A stretch of DNA of 64,000 bases, taken from assembly GCA_011364965.1 (NCBI GenBank), contig RDOB01000005.1, forward strand, positions 96,001 through 160,000. The letters run 5' to 3'. Source of the stretch: Candidatus Heimdallarchaeota archaeon. GTDB lineage: Archaea > Asgardarchaeota > Heimdallarchaeia > Hodarchaeales > Hodarchaeaceae. Shown here one piece after another: positions 41,095 through 52,365 of the stretch. Position 1 is the stretch's first letter. Each line of letters begins with the position of its first letter. The position numbers were made by a program, and so were the translations under genes. The notes beneath the pieces are model-generated. The model saw nothing but the letters and a program-made list of their open reading frames with translations, did no database searches and was not told the DNA's origin.

Positions 41095-43164
41095 TCACTT
41101 AAATCCCATTTCTTCAAGTGGTATATTTAATTCTTCAGTTCCAGGTAAACTAAATCTCCCGTCTCTGATGATATCCACAGTCTTTCCATTAGATAAAACA
41201 GCAGCTATAAAGTCAATAGCAGAGAAATCCATCACAATATCCTCATGTTTGTTACTATATGCCTCTGTAGGAGTTTTGTGCCGCAACCGCGACTTTTCAT
41301 TATCCATAGCACAAATGAGTTTCTTGGTGAACTGATTATACATTTTCTGGTCCTCGCTGCGGGAGAAACAGGTGTCTCCAAGAGCAAAATGAGGGCCAGT
41401 TTTCTCTGAAATTAGAATGGGAAGTAAATTGACAATGTCATACTCTCTTGAAACCTTATAGGCAAGAGTATTTGTACCAATGGCAAATTCCCCAATAGGA
41501 AGGGTTTTATGGGGAAATAGGAGGTTTTCCTCAATATATTTCTGATTCTCTTCTTCGGTTTTAAAATTTGTACATGAATAAGCAGAAATATAGCCATCAG
41601 AGAACTCTAGCTGTAAGTTATCGTATCTTAAAGAGTTTTGATAGGTCTCTTCAACATGTAATAATCCTGTGGTTCCATTTAACTGTGGAGCAGTGAATAT
41701 CTCTCCTCCAGGAATATTTACACTCGAACCAGAATTCACAAAGTTCGTGCTCTTGGAAGGATCCTTGAGTTGTTGAAGTTGAATCTTTAGATTAGTTTTG
41801 TTCATTCCTCGGCCTTTGATATGTACATAATCTGCTTGATCAAGGGTATCAATCATGATTTGTTGAATCTTTTCATATTTTTCCGAGTCAAACATGTTGA
41901 TTTTAATTGTTTCTTCAAAGATCTCTTCAAATTGCTCTCCAATTTTAGGAGTCGGAAATGCAACCATGCAGAAAGATGTTTTAGCCTGAGGTATATACTG
42001 ATTTATTAGCTGATGTACTCGCATTTGAAAAGTTTGTTGAAGTTTTTGTTGTTCTGGGGACAATTTCAAGACATCTTTCTTACTTTCAGGACTGAATAAT
42101 GGATCACCGAATTTCTCAATATACATAATCCCGCTATACTTGTCTAATAAATCCTTATTCTCTTCTAAACCATATTGAATTTCTTCAATGCGTTTTTCAA
42201 TATATTCCTCGGAAATATAAAGTGCATTATCGAATTTATGATCGAAATCATATTGTTCATTAATTCGAGTAGAATAAGCGTTGATAATACAAGTTTCTAG
42301 AGGGTGAGGTTGAGATTTGAATTCCTTAATCATCTCACGATAAAGCCTCTCTAAACCAATTTTATAATAAAAGCCAACAGTTTCCTTAATTGTTACATCT
42401 TTGTTATCTCTAACAAATCCCTTGTAATAAGCTCTGATTATTTCTTTTGCAAGGATTTTAAGCTTTTCAACTGGGTAATTCTGCATGAATTTCGCAATCT
42501 TAATTTCATTCTCTGATATATACGTTCCTGATTTGAATAAATATCTTAAATCGTTTAAATCATCTTCTGTAAGAATGTTTGTTAGATACCTAAAATCTGG
42601 ATCATGTTGCTCTTTATAGTTATAATATTCGTCTTCTGGACGTTTTTTTAACATATATCGTGTCATAAGCTCTTTAAGGTGGATAAAATCAACAGGATTA
42701 TTTTTGATATAATCATATACTTCAATATAGAGTGTATTCAAATCCGCCATTTTGTAGATTTTATGAAACGCGGCGTAAGTAATATATTGGCGATAGGATA
42801 GATAAAACCAGGAAAATAACTGCCCTTCCTTTTCTCCGAATATTTTAACGCAATAACTAGGATTAGCATAACTCGAGCTATAATTTTCTGGAAGCAATTC
42901 ACAATAAAAAGCATTATTTAAAGCAAGCAATTCTTCAAAGGACTTTTCCTTGTAATAATTTGGATTCCGAGAATTGTTTTCAAAATCGCATAATTTAATT
43001 ATTAACTGTCTCACACTAATAAGAAATTTCAGATATTCTTTCTTCTCTGAATCATGGGACTCTTCCAGCTGATTTAAAATCTCTTTAATTTTAATAACAG
43101 ACTGTGTATAGGATTCTTCAGCTTCTTTATTGTAAGTACTGTAAAATGAATAGAGATCAAACAA
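41095..43164 (-). CDS. M29-like aminopeptidase (long form)
   Basis: VNIPGGEIFTAP, IGEFAIGTN, EKTGPHFALGD, HED. Confidence 0.85.
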   Translation of the reverse strand: MFDLYSFYSTYNKEAEESYTQSVIKIKEILNQLEESHDSEKKEYLKFLISVRQLIIKLCDFENNSRNPNYYKEKSFEELLALNNAFYCELLPENYSSSYANPSYCVKIFGEKEGQLFSWFYLSYRQYITYAAFHKIYKMADLNTLYIEVYDYIKNNPVDFIHLKELMTRYMLKKRPEDEYYNYKEQHDPDFRYLTNILTEDDLNDLRYLFKSGTYISENEIKIAKFMQNYPVEKLKILAKEIIRAYYKGFVRDNKDVTIKETVGFYYKIGLERLYREMIKEFKSQPHPLETCIINAYSTRINEQYDFDHKFDNALYISEEYIEKRIEEIQYGLEENKDLLDKYSGIMYIEKFGDPLFSPESKKDVLKLSPEQQKLQQTFQMRVHQLINQYIPQAKTSFCMVAFPTPKIGEQFEEIFEETIKINMFDSEKYEKIQQIMIDTLDQADYVHIKGRGMNKTNLKIQLQQLKDPSKSTNFVNSGSSVNIPGGEIFTAPQLNGTTGLLHVEETYQNSLRYDNLQLEFSDGYISAYSCTNFKTEEENQKYIEENLLFPHKTLPIGEFAIGTNTLAYKVSREYDIVNLLPILISEKTGPHFALGDTCFSRSEDQKMYNQFTKKLICAMDNEKSRLRHKTPTEAYSNKHEDIVMDFSAIDFIAAVLSNGKTVDIIRDGRFSLPGTEELNIPLEEMGFK

Positions 43165-43283
43165 AATACACTCACCAATATTGTACTATGGAAAAAATTG
43201 CCGTTTACGGGACGGGAATTGACGAACCTTTTTCATCTATTATAAACTCATTTAATGTGGCAATCAACCAACATGAAAAAAGG

Positions 43284-44081
43284 TTAGTAAAATTCATCCA
43301 ATAATTGATAAAATTTAATTTTTTGTTGATCAACTATATCTAATCCAAGTTCTTTGAGAAATATCAGCCCCCAGTCTTCACCAAAGTTATAGATAACACT
43401 CCGCAAACATAAAGCAATGTCCTGATGACGATCGCTAACCCCTCCTTTTTCCCAATCAATAAATCCACTAAGCTCACCCTTATCTATTAAAATATTGGGT
43501 AAGCAATAATCTCCATGAGTAAAAACAAGATCCTCTGTTCTAGGTTTTGTACGTAAAAGCTCTTCATAAAGCGACTCAGCCGTACGGCCACGTCGCTGTG
43601 CGTCAAAATTATTTTCATTGACTAATCCTAAATTCATTCTACGTTTTGCATTCTCCATTTCAAAATTTAAGGTTCGATCAAATGGACAGTCAGTTATATC
43701 GACAGAATGAATTAAGTTTAGACCCTTGACCAATATCCTGATAGATTCCTGACGCTCCTCATCATTGGAGCAGATAAATGAGGCTTTTCCTTTAATTCCA
43801 GTAACTAATAGATATTCCTGACTTTGATAGCACTCATATGAAATTACTTGCGGACAAGGTAATTTTCCTTCCAACCACGAAAGAACTTCACTTTCTAATT
43901 TAAGATTAGAACCAATATCACCCAAATTTATCTTCAAATATAAGGAAGTTCTATCTTGGGCTTTAAAATGATATACAACAGTTCTGGTGCCTCCAATGGT
44001 ATCTTTTTCAACAGAATATCCCTTAATATTCTCTTCTAATACACTTCGTACATTAGATGGTAATTCTTGAAAATTAAACAT
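43284..44081 (-). CDS. Aminoglycoside 3'-phosphotransferase family protein
   Basis: LYLK, CPFD, HGDYCLPNIL, GFIDW, DRHQDIAL, FYQLLDEFY. Confidence 0.88.
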   Translation of the reverse strand: MFNFQELPSNVRSVLEENIKGYSVEKDTIGGTRTVVYHFKAQDRTSLYLKINLGDIGSNLKLESEVLSWLEGKLPCPQVISYECYQSQEYLLVTGIKGKASFICSNDEERQESIRILVKGLNLIHSVDITDCPFDRTLNFEMENAKRRMNLGLVNENNFDAQRRGRTAESLYEELLRTKPRTEDLVFTHGDYCLPNILIDKGELSGFIDWEKGGVSDRHQDIALCLRSVIYNFGEDWGLIFLKELGLDIVDQQKIKFYQLLDEFY

Positions 44082-44192
44082 AATGCGTCCTCTTACCTAA
44101 GTAATAATCCTTATTGGATGATTAACTTTTATTTTCCGTGAAACAGGCATATTTAAACATTATATAGATGGAGGGTTTAGAGGTGTATAAAA

Positions 44193-44453
44193 TTGACCTT
44201 TGGAGCATCTGCAGCAACAAGCTCTTCGCATTCCAACATTGGTAGTTCATATAGAGTGAAATTTCGGAGAAGTGAATTTTTAGAATTGATAGAAATAGTA
44301 CGACCTTCGATAATCTATCACGTAAAAAGAATGCATTTCTTTGCTCATGATGGGTTCGTAATGTATACTTTTCAGTGTGATGATGAAGATTTCTTCAATT
44401 TTAAGTTGATTCATGCAATAGAATTTACAAATTATCTATGGAAAGAAGAGTAA
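44193..44453 (+). CDS. Hypothetical protein
   Basis: GAGGTG RBS upstream of TTG; non-overlapping. Confidence 0.6.
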   Translation: MTFGASAATSSSHSNIGSSYRVKFRRSEFLELIEIVRPSIIYHVKRMHFFAHDGFVMYTFQCDDEDFFNFKLIHAIEFTNYLWKEE

Positions 44454-44672
44454 AGGGTTTGGAATCCGTGAATTTGTCAATGGTTCTAAAACAATCCTCA
44501 ATATCTTCTTTTTGTTGTTTAAATAAAATAATCAGCATTATATTTGACCTCATCCATTTGGCTCAATAGCTGAAAGAATAAACTTACTAAACAATTTTTT
44601 TTCCATTTATAATAAGATTAGGAAATATAATTAGAGTAGATAGTCATATTATTTCGCATTAGAGGCTCTAAA

Positions 44673-45944
44673 ATGAATCAAGTGTCTCCACTTTCCTCAA
44701 CGAACACTGAACCCTTCACTCAAGACTTCTTTAGCATGGTTAGTAGTATCATGTACAATAGTTTTGGATTTTTCTTTTTAGACTTCTTAATTCCGTTTGT
44801 AGCAATGATTCTAGATGCATCAGGGGCAGTTATGGGGGTATTATTTGCATTGAGGACTGTGGGGTACTTATTATCCTCTTCATTTGTAGGGATATTAACT
44901 GATCGATATCAAAAAAAGGTGTTAGTGGCTTTTGGCTCAGTAGGGAGAGGTCTATCATATTTTCTGATGTATATTGCTATCATTTTTAGCTCTTTAGACG
45001 GACTAGCTATCGGAACTACTTTCCTTGGGTTTTGCGCAGGATTCTACTGGATACCATTAAATACATTAGTTGCAGAGAAAAGCCATAAAAACAATCGTTC
45101 TCAAGCTTATGGCTATCGAACTTCTGCGCAGGCACGTGGTGAATTATTTGGAGGAATAATAGGATTCAGCTTATTATCAACTGCCTCATCCATGGGATTA
45201 AGTGATGTTATCGCATATGCAGCTTTGCCAATCTTTGGTTTAGCAAATTTCTATGCAGGATATCTCTTTATAGCACGCGTGAACGAATATGATAAGATTA
45301 ACAGTTTAGCTGCTATTGATATTAACATAAAATCTAATAACACAACAAAAATTGGTGAATTGTCGCGATTTTATGTCATTGGATTAATAACGATATTATT
45401 GGTTATGTTTTTAGCCTCTGTTAACGGATCAATTGCTCGTCCCTTTCTCATACCTTATTTTATTGGGCAAATATCAAACGATGCGACAATTGCAACCTTG
45501 GTATATGTTCCCTCGGGGATTGTATCACTATTTCTAGCCACTCGACTAGGACAACTTGCAGACAAGATGAATCCATATCTGGGGATTACTATCGGAAGTT
45601 TTTCTGGCGCTCTAATGACATATTTGTTGATAAATACAAATGATATTATTGTATTCGCTCTATTACTGACTTTTGATGTCACTATTGCCTTAACGACAGG
45701 CTTAGTTCTCATGAATATGATAAGTAGAATCACAGTGGCCCATAGAGGGAAAATATTGGGTTTTCAACAAGCGAGTTCAAATATTGGGAATATAGTCGGA
45801 CCAATATTAGGTGGTATTCTTTGGGATGCGTATTCAGTTTTCACTCCCTTTCTAATTTCAATTGTCGTAGAAATTCTACTCATACCCCTTTATATTATTG
45901 CAGTTCGAGCCTTGACTCCATATTTAGAAGAAACTTATGATTAA
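44673..45944 (+). CDS. MFS transporter
   Basis: 12 TM helices; GILTDRYQKK motif A. Confidence 0.9.
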   Translation: MNQVSPLSSTNTEPFTQDFFSMVSSIMYNSFGFFFLDFLIPFVAMILDASGAVMGVLFALRTVGYLLSSSFVGILTDRYQKKVLVAFGSVGRGLSYFLMYIAIIFSSLDGLAIGTTFLGFCAGFYWIPLNTLVAEKSHKNNRSQAYGYRTSAQARGELFGGIIGFSLLSTASSMGLSDVIAYAALPIFGLANFYAGYLFIARVNEYDKINSLAAIDINIKSNNTTKIGELSRFYVIGLITILLVMFLASVNGSIARPFLIPYFIGQISNDATIATLVYVPSGIVSLFLATRLGQLADKMNPYLGITIGSFSGALMTYLLINTNDIIVFALLLTFDVTIALTTGLVLMNMISRITVAHRGKILGFQQASSNIGNIVGPILGGILWDAYSVFTPFLISIVVEILLIPLYIIAVRALTPYLEETYD

Positions 45945-46024
45945 GAAAACTGCAAGATAAATCTTTTTTAGTCCAAGCATATTCAAGTTAAATCCCCTTT
46001 ATACATGTTGTTCTACTCTCTCAA

Positions 46025-46426
46025 TTGGAGATTACTCATATGAATAGATTAAAAGTTACAGCAATTTATTCCATAATTGTAGGTACCGCAATGATTCTTA
46101 TGTGGGCTTTTTTCCTAGGAAGTGAAAGTGTTCCTGAATTGAGTATTACACCTTTTGAAATTACTTTTCATATTCTAGCGGAAACTATTACAGCTCTAAC
46201 GTTAATTGTAGGAGGAATTGGATTAATCCGTAAGGCTAGCTGGAGTCGAAGGATCTATTATTTAAGTACTGGTATGCTTTTATATTCAATCATTAGCGAG
46301 GGGTTAGGATATTACATAGAACGCGGAGAACTAGTTATGATTTGTATGTTTTTGATTCTATTAATTTTAACGCTTAGTTTGTTCGGAATGGATGTTTATA
46401 AAGAGAATCAAGTCAAAAACATCTAA
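46025..46426 (+). CDS. Four-TM membrane protein
   Basis: Hydrophobic helices; FHILAE. Confidence 0.7.
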   Translation: MEITHMNRLKVTAIYSIIVGTAMILMWAFFLGSESVPELSITPFEITFHILAETITALTLIVGGIGLIRKASWSRRIYYLSTGMLLYSIISEGLGYYIERGELVMICMFLILLILTLSLFGMDVYKENQVKNI

Positions 46427-47551
46427 TTATTCTTTATCTACCTCATAGGATCTCAGAAGTGAGATTCGAAATCGGAGAAAATCTGATTGTATTGGTGAAA
46501 TCGGTACAGGAAGAATAGAGGGAAGCTTCTGCAAAGTAATCGCTAAAGGTTTAAAACCAAAAGCTGCTCCACTATATAAATCCGCTCTTATCTCTTGTAA
46601 GTATATTCTATATTGAGTGGCAATTGAAAGAAAACCTGAGGCTGAGTAGATTAAAATAACACAAATCCAGAATAGAAATTGTTCTGGGAATCTAAGTGTA
46701 ATATAAAATTTAAAATATACTAGGATTGTGAAATAGCGTAAACTCCTTAATAATCCCTCAAAACCGATAATTATATATTGCTTTTTGATATGATTCCGTT
46801 TTATATGCCCCTTCTCATGACCAAGAACTGCTGCTAGCTCATTTTCAGATAATTTCCAGTTGAAAAATCTTGAGATCAGACAAATATATTTTGTACCTAG
46901 GCTCATTACACCCGCAGAAAGAAATAAAGACGGTATTTGAACATCAGCAAAACGAAATTCATGAATCAATCCCTTATCTGAGAATTTTACCTTTAGCTTA
47001 TCTAAAATATCTGAATTGACTGGTTCTTGAGCTGTAGCTAAAAGCTTCCTCTTAGAATTTAAGGAAAGAATAATCATCACTCCTTGAAAGAATAATGATA
47101 AAGCTACTGCTATCACTAAATAAATCCATAAATCATATTCTCTTTCTAAAATCCTTGAAAGAATGAAAACAAGAAATAATCCAAGGAAAACAAATGAATA
47201 GACTTGACGGATAAGAAAAAGAATTAAATCCCTAATTGATGGAGTAAAATGAAAATAATTAACCTTTAAAGCATAAAACCGAAGTTCACGGTAAGACGTA
47301 AAAAAGAAATATCCTGTAATTATTATTAAAATCAAAGCAAAAATTAATGTAAACAAAAGAACTGAAACTATATCCAAAAGCAAGGAAAATATCGAAATTA
47401 AAAATAATCCCGCAGTCATTGGTAGAAAAACTGTATAACTAAGAGTTATAAAATAATCGCTAAACGGTAAGGGAACTCCTTTTCTATCTTGATTTTTGGA
47501 CGTTTCCATTAAGTGATCAATTCTCCTAGTGCTTAAAAATCTGTGACACAT
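46427..47551 (-). CDS. M48 (HtpX/Ste24-like) membrane metallopeptidase
   Basis: ELAAVLGHEKGH, EIRAD. Confidence 0.85.
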   Translation of the reverse strand: MCHRFLSTRRIDHLMETSKNQDRKGVPLPFSDYFITLSYTVFLPMTAGLFLISIFSLLLDIVSVLLFTLIFALILIIITGYFFFTSYRELRFYALKVNYFHFTPSIRDLILFLIRQVYSFVFLGLFLVFILSRILEREYDLWIYLVIAVALSLFFQGVMIILSLNSKRKLLATAQEPVNSDILDKLKVKFSDKGLIHEFRFADVQIPSLFLSAGVMSLGTKYICLISRFFNWKLSENELAAVLGHEKGHIKRNHIKKQYIIIGFEGLLRSLRYFTILVYFKFYITLRFPEQFLFWICVILIYSASGFLSIATQYRIYLQEIRADLYSGAAFGFKPLAITLQKLPSILPVPISPIQSDFLRFRISLLRSYEVDKE

Positions 47552-47660
47552 TGATATCGAATTTCAGAGATAAAAATCTCCAAAAACAAATACTTATATC
47601 TTAGAATTGTTACTTTCTGTTTGAATATAATTCTTTTTGTAATAATCCCATAAGGAAGTA

Positions 47661-48713
47661 TTGAAAGTCATGGAAGATCCAATAGAGTCTCTTTCTGAAG
47701 AAACAGGCCCTTCAAAAATGCAAATAAAACTTCTTATTGAACGAATTCGGGTTATTGAAAATCAACAAGCAACTCTTGGTAGCGAATTTCAAGATTTAGA
47801 AAAAAAACAACTCGAAAGCGCAAAACTCCAAGAATTGAAAGTATCGAATTTTTTAACGGAGTTAGAAGGAATAAGAGCTATTCAACCTGAGCTTATGGAT
47901 CTTACAGAGAAAACAAAGAGCATTCCATCGCTTAAAGCTGACCTAGAAGCCATTAATGATCAAATAAATGTTATCAAAACCCATTGCTCGGTTATAGAAG
48001 CTTCAACAAAGGAGTTTGTCCAAAATCAAAATATAGAGATATTGAATAACAGTAAAATGTTCCAAGAAAAAATTGAAGAGTTAAAACAGGTACAAAACGA
48101 ATTGAAATCTAATTTATTGGAAATTCAAGATAATATAAACGAATTAAAATTATTCCAAGAAAATCCCAATCCAATCTTTGAAGTTTTCGAACGTAGAGTA
48201 GCAAATCTTGAAAAACATGTAGGAGTAACCACTGGTGATTTAATTGGTGATACTTATGATAGTGGAGGTGTTTTCAAACAATTAGTCACTGAATTAGTAG
48301 ATAAAGAATACGCTTCTTCTCTTTTAACCGATGAAACCATAACAAATCAAGTACTCACAGTTCGAGCAATAAAACAGATTATTATGAAAATAGCAGGTAT
48401 GGATGCAGCACGGATTCCAGATATTACAGAAATTTTGTTACGGCATGCTTCATCCTCTGGGGATCAATTACAGGCTTCCGATCGTAAAGGCCTTCTTTTA
48501 GCATTCAATACAGATGTTCGGCGGATATGTGAAATAGGACAAGCTGTATTAATGGATATTGGAGTAAAGAGGAATTTCACTAGACGTATCTGCCAAGAAG
48601 CTCATACAGTTGCCGGAAAATGGGATTCGGAAGAGATTATAAAGGGAGATGCGGGTGTAGGAGCTGTACTCGATCTCTTTGATACATTGGAACAGGAATA
48701 TTTGAGTGAGTAG
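47661..48713 (+). CDS. Coiled-coil protein with C-terminal helical domain
   Basis: Heptad-rich N-terminal ~185 aa. Confidence 0.7.
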   Translation: MKVMEDPIESLSEETGPSKMQIKLLIERIRVIENQQATLGSEFQDLEKKQLESAKLQELKVSNFLTELEGIRAIQPELMDLTEKTKSIPSLKADLEAINDQINVIKTHCSVIEASTKEFVQNQNIEILNNSKMFQEKIEELKQVQNELKSNLLEIQDNINELKLFQENPNPIFEVFERRVANLEKHVGVTTGDLIGDTYDSGGVFKQLVTELVDKEYASSLLTDETITNQVLTVRAIKQIIMKIAGMDAARIPDITEILLRHASSSGDQLQASDRKGLLLAFNTDVRRICEIGQAVLMDIGVKRNFTRRICQEAHTVAGKWDSEEIIKGDAGVGAVLDLFDTLEQEYLSE

Positions 48714-48783
48714 ACCTTTAGGATTATTAAAAACCTGAGGAAATAAAAAAAGGGGTTTTTCTATCCTAGTCTCTGGATAGATC

Positions 48784-50562
48784 CTAAAGTTTTTCGAGTT
48801 GGTCAATCATTTCAGAGATGACATCAAAACCTCCTTGCCAAAATTCAGGAGTTCGAATATTAATCCCAGCTTTATCCAAGATTTTCATTGGTGGAGCAGA
48901 TCCTCCAGCAGATAGGATTTCCAAGTATCTGGGAATAAATTGTTTTCCTTCCTTTTTATATTGTTTATACAAAGATAGAACCAGTAATTGACCGAATGAA
49001 TAAGCATATACATAGAAAGGAGTATCAAAAATGTGAGGAATGGAGACCCATTCCCATTTAAATTCATCGCTAACTTCAATAGAATCCCCAAATTGGGTTT
49101 CAAGATTTTTAACGTAAGCTTCATTAAGATTGTCAATAGAAGCATCCTTCATAATCATAACATGAGCTTCCCTTTCGAACAAAGCAAAGTAGATTTGCCT
49201 CATAATCGTTGCGTAAGCTTCAGCTACCTGATGGAATAGAATATCTCGCCTTACTTCAGCATTTTCTTCTTCTACCAATAATTCATCAACTAACAACATT
49301 TCCGAAAAAGTGCTTGCAGTTTCTGCTAAGGGAAGAGTGGAATGAAAATCGAAAACATTATGTTTTTCTGCTAGCATGGCGTGGATAGCATGTCCTAGTT
49401 CATGTGCTAAGGTTTCGATGTCAGATGCTTTTCCATTATAATTGGTTAACACATAAGGAGTCAATACAGGATCTGATGAAGAGCAGAAGGCTCCAGTAAC
49501 TTTCGTAGGTCGAATTTGACTGTCTATATGATTATCAGCGAACACACGTTTTGCTAAGGTTGCTAATTTTGGATTAAATTTGTTAAATGTATTTAACACA
49601 AGATTAACTGCGTAATCATAATCATATTCTTTTGTTGATTCTGTTACAGGAGCATAAATATCATATCGTCTTAACTTGCTTAAATTCAATGATTTCGCTT
49701 TAAGCTTGAAATAGCGTTGGAATACCGAAACATTCTGTTGAGCAACGTTTAATAAAGTATCTACAACCTCATCAGGGATATCATTATGTAAATTTCTCCA
49801 TGAGATTGGAGCTGGATAACCTCGCATCTCTAGATTTTCATTAGCAAAATCTCGAACAAGTATTTGGTATATTTGCCCTAAGATGGGGCCATCCTCCCCA
49901 TACACACGGTATAATTCTTGATAAGCTCGTGATCGAAGATCAGGATCAGCACTTTGAACTAGGGACATTAATTGGCCTCGATTAAGCTTCTTCTTCTCGT
50001 TATCAACTTCCACCTCAAAAGCATACCGATTTGTGATTGTGTTATAGAGTCTCCTGAATGCACTAACTCCAGTAACGTTTTTAACATTAATAATTTTCTC
50101 TTCTGCTTCTTCAAGAGTGAAAGGTTTAAATTTACGAATCTGACGAAGGAAATTGTCATAATTATAGGCTTTAGAGGCGTTAAGGAAAGGAGTAGCTTCT
50201 TCTTCTGATAGGCTTTTCCACCAGAGACTGAAAAATAGCAGCTTATTTTGGATTCCAGCCATAAATTGTTGGGTTTTTGCTTGAAAAGCTTGAGCTGCTT
50301 GGTTTTGAGTATCTTCATAAAACCACAATCCTGCAAATTGGCTCATACGATAAGCTAACCTGCTGAACTTCTCCTGTTTAGTAACAATGTTTAGAAATTC
50401 TTTTATATCCATATCAGGACTGAGCTTCTCCCGATAAGATTCAATTTGTGTCACTTCCTTTTGAAGAATTTCAAAAGCATTCTTCATCTGTTGGCTTTCA
50501 TGACTAGGGAAGAGATCATCCAAGTTCCACCGTGAAGGTAAATATTGGGTCATTTTAATCAC
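48784..50562 (-). CDS. pepF: Oligoendopeptidase F (M3B)
   Basis: WNLDDLF, TLAHELGHAIH, LAETAS, PFYVYAY. Confidence 0.93.
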   Translation of the reverse strand: MIKMTQYLPSRWNLDDLFPSHESQQMKNAFEILQKEVTQIESYREKLSPDMDIKEFLNIVTKQEKFSRLAYRMSQFAGLWFYEDTQNQAAQAFQAKTQQFMAGIQNKLLFFSLWWKSLSEEEATPFLNASKAYNYDNFLRQIRKFKPFTLEEAEEKIINVKNVTGVSAFRRLYNTITNRYAFEVEVDNEKKKLNRGQLMSLVQSADPDLRSRAYQELYRVYGEDGPILGQIYQILVRDFANENLEMRGYPAPISWRNLHNDIPDEVVDTLLNVAQQNVSVFQRYFKLKAKSLNLSKLRRYDIYAPVTESTKEYDYDYAVNLVLNTFNKFNPKLATLAKRVFADNHIDSQIRPTKVTGAFCSSSDPVLTPYVLTNYNGKASDIETLAHELGHAIHAMLAEKHNVFDFHSTLPLAETASTFSEMLLVDELLVEEENAEVRRDILFHQVAEAYATIMRQIYFALFEREAHVMIMKDASIDNLNEAYVKNLETQFGDSIEVSDEFKWEWVSIPHIFDTPFYVYAYSFGQLLVLSLYKQYKKEGKQFIPRYLEILSAGGSAPPMKILDKAGINIRTPEFWQGGFDVISEMIDQLEKL

Positions 50563-50734
50563 TAAATTCCAAGAGTTAATAGGAAATATTTCTAAATTGC
50601 TCCTCTTTTGAATCCCTAATGACTTTTATGTAGATTTTAAGAAAAAGGAATTTTCTCATTAAAAAGGAGAGTCTATCAAAATTAGATTTGTTAAACTTCT
50701 TATTTTTTCATAATCTTGGATCTTTTTTCCCAGT

Positions 50735-52306
50735 TTATTTTTTTTTCTTCCGAATTTGCATTTCTAGTAATTTAAGAATACCAGGTTGTTTTCCTTGGAC
50801 AATTGGTCGATAATTCCACAAAGCATAGAAAGCTCCCGCAAAAGTAGAAGCTGTAAGAAATTCCAGTTTTAAATTTAAAAGATAATCAGGTATATGAAGT
50901 AATACAGCAATACTGTACGATTCGAGTGATAAGTAAAAAGAAATAGATGATACATAAAGAAGAAATAAAACTCTAGAGTATGTTGGAATCATTATTCTCC
51001 GTTCTTTGGGATTAGATTTTTCTGTTGAATTCATAGATCTTGAATCTGGTATACTTATTACTCGAAAAATGCTTATACTAATAATGATAAACATTCCAAA
51101 TAAATCAAGAATGCTCCTAAGCGTTTTTAGACGAGGGGAGTAGAGGATTAATGCGGAAGGTATAGTTTTCAAGAAAATGAATAGTAAACCAAAAAATAAC
51201 AACCAAGGCAGTAAGCCTTTTCGAGAATCAAGATAATCCAATGAAATTTTATTCTGGAGAATTCCAATTACAAGAAAAATATAAAAAACCAGAAATCCAA
51301 AAATAATAATATCGATGGAAATCACAACTCTCGAAAACACGATGTTTGCTGGTAGAGAGAAAATTGTGACAGTAATGGGCATGATTAACACGAAAATTAT
51401 GAACCCAAGCAATGCACGCAATTTTAGTTTCTTTATCATTGTTATTTGAGAAAAATCAATGGAAATGAACATGAAATAAAGAACCACAATTACAATTAAG
51501 AGTAAATTGATATTTACTAGCATCCAATAAAAATTGATTCGAAAAAAGCCAACTTTTTCTAATATGATATCAAAAGGTTGAGTATCAAGAGGATTCGGAC
51601 GATGTTCAGTTGTAATTCCAAAAAGAAAGAATGTCACTCCAATTATTGTAATCGTAAATACTAATTCACATAGCAAAAACGCTATATCTCTTCTTTTGAA
51701 TCCTTTGAATGAATTAGGGTAGTCGTAAGCAATTATATTTAAAATTAAAAACGAACCACTGATGGTTAAAGCAGGTTGAATTAAAAGCCAAAGATATAGA
51801 ATTACAATACCCATGCGATAAGATAATTCATCTAATATTCGGATATCATGAAGTACAATATCAAATGGTGTTACACGACCAATAAAGGACAAAAGGTCTA
51901 AAATAAAGATTATGAAAAATAAACTGGCTCCGATAATGATGTAAACTTTTCTAGTCCCACGAATTGCCTTCAAATTTATTATTTGTTCCCTAAATGGTTT
52001 ATCTTCTCCAATTGTATAAATGAATATACCTAATAATAAAGTAAAATTAAGCAAACGCGATAATTGACCCCAAATATTAGGTTGAATCATATAATGTTCA
52101 ACCTCCAACTCCGTTAAGGGATTTAAAATTATAATATCCGAAATTTCAACAAGAGTGAACTGAATAAATCCAAAAAAAATACTCAAAACGAAACAAATCA
52201 AAAGGAATATCTTGAATGGAGATAAATTCAACTCATTTTGCGAATTCTTAACATAAAGTAGCCTTTGTACTCCTAAGCTCAATGGTTTGAAGAATTCGCG
52301 AAACAT
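50735..52306 (-). CDS. Polytopic membrane protein of unknown function
   Basis: About 12-13 hydrophobic segments. Confidence 0.7.
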   Translation of the reverse strand: MFREFFKPLSLGVQRLLYVKNSQNELNLSPFKIFLLICFVLSIFFGFIQFTLVEISDIIILNPLTELEVEHYMIQPNIWGQLSRLLNFTLLLGIFIYTIGEDKPFREQIINLKAIRGTRKVYIIIGASLFFIIFILDLLSFIGRVTPFDIVLHDIRILDELSYRMGIVILYLWLLIQPALTISGSFLILNIIAYDYPNSFKGFKRRDIAFLLCELVFTITIIGVTFFLFGITTEHRPNPLDTQPFDIILEKVGFFRINFYWMLVNINLLLIVIVVLYFMFISIDFSQITMIKKLKLRALLGFIIFVLIMPITVTIFSLPANIVFSRVVISIDIIIFGFLVFYIFLVIGILQNKISLDYLDSRKGLLPWLLFFGLLFIFLKTIPSALILYSPRLKTLRSILDLFGMFIIISISIFRVISIPDSRSMNSTEKSNPKERRIMIPTYSRVLFLLYVSSISFYLSLESYSIAVLLHIPDYLLNLKLEFLTASTFAGAFYALWNYRPIVQGKQPGILKLLEMQIRKKKK

Positions 52307-52365
52307 ACCCGTTCCTCTATAAAGCTAAATAAGTTCCTTAAAAATCATATTTTACGTGGATTATA

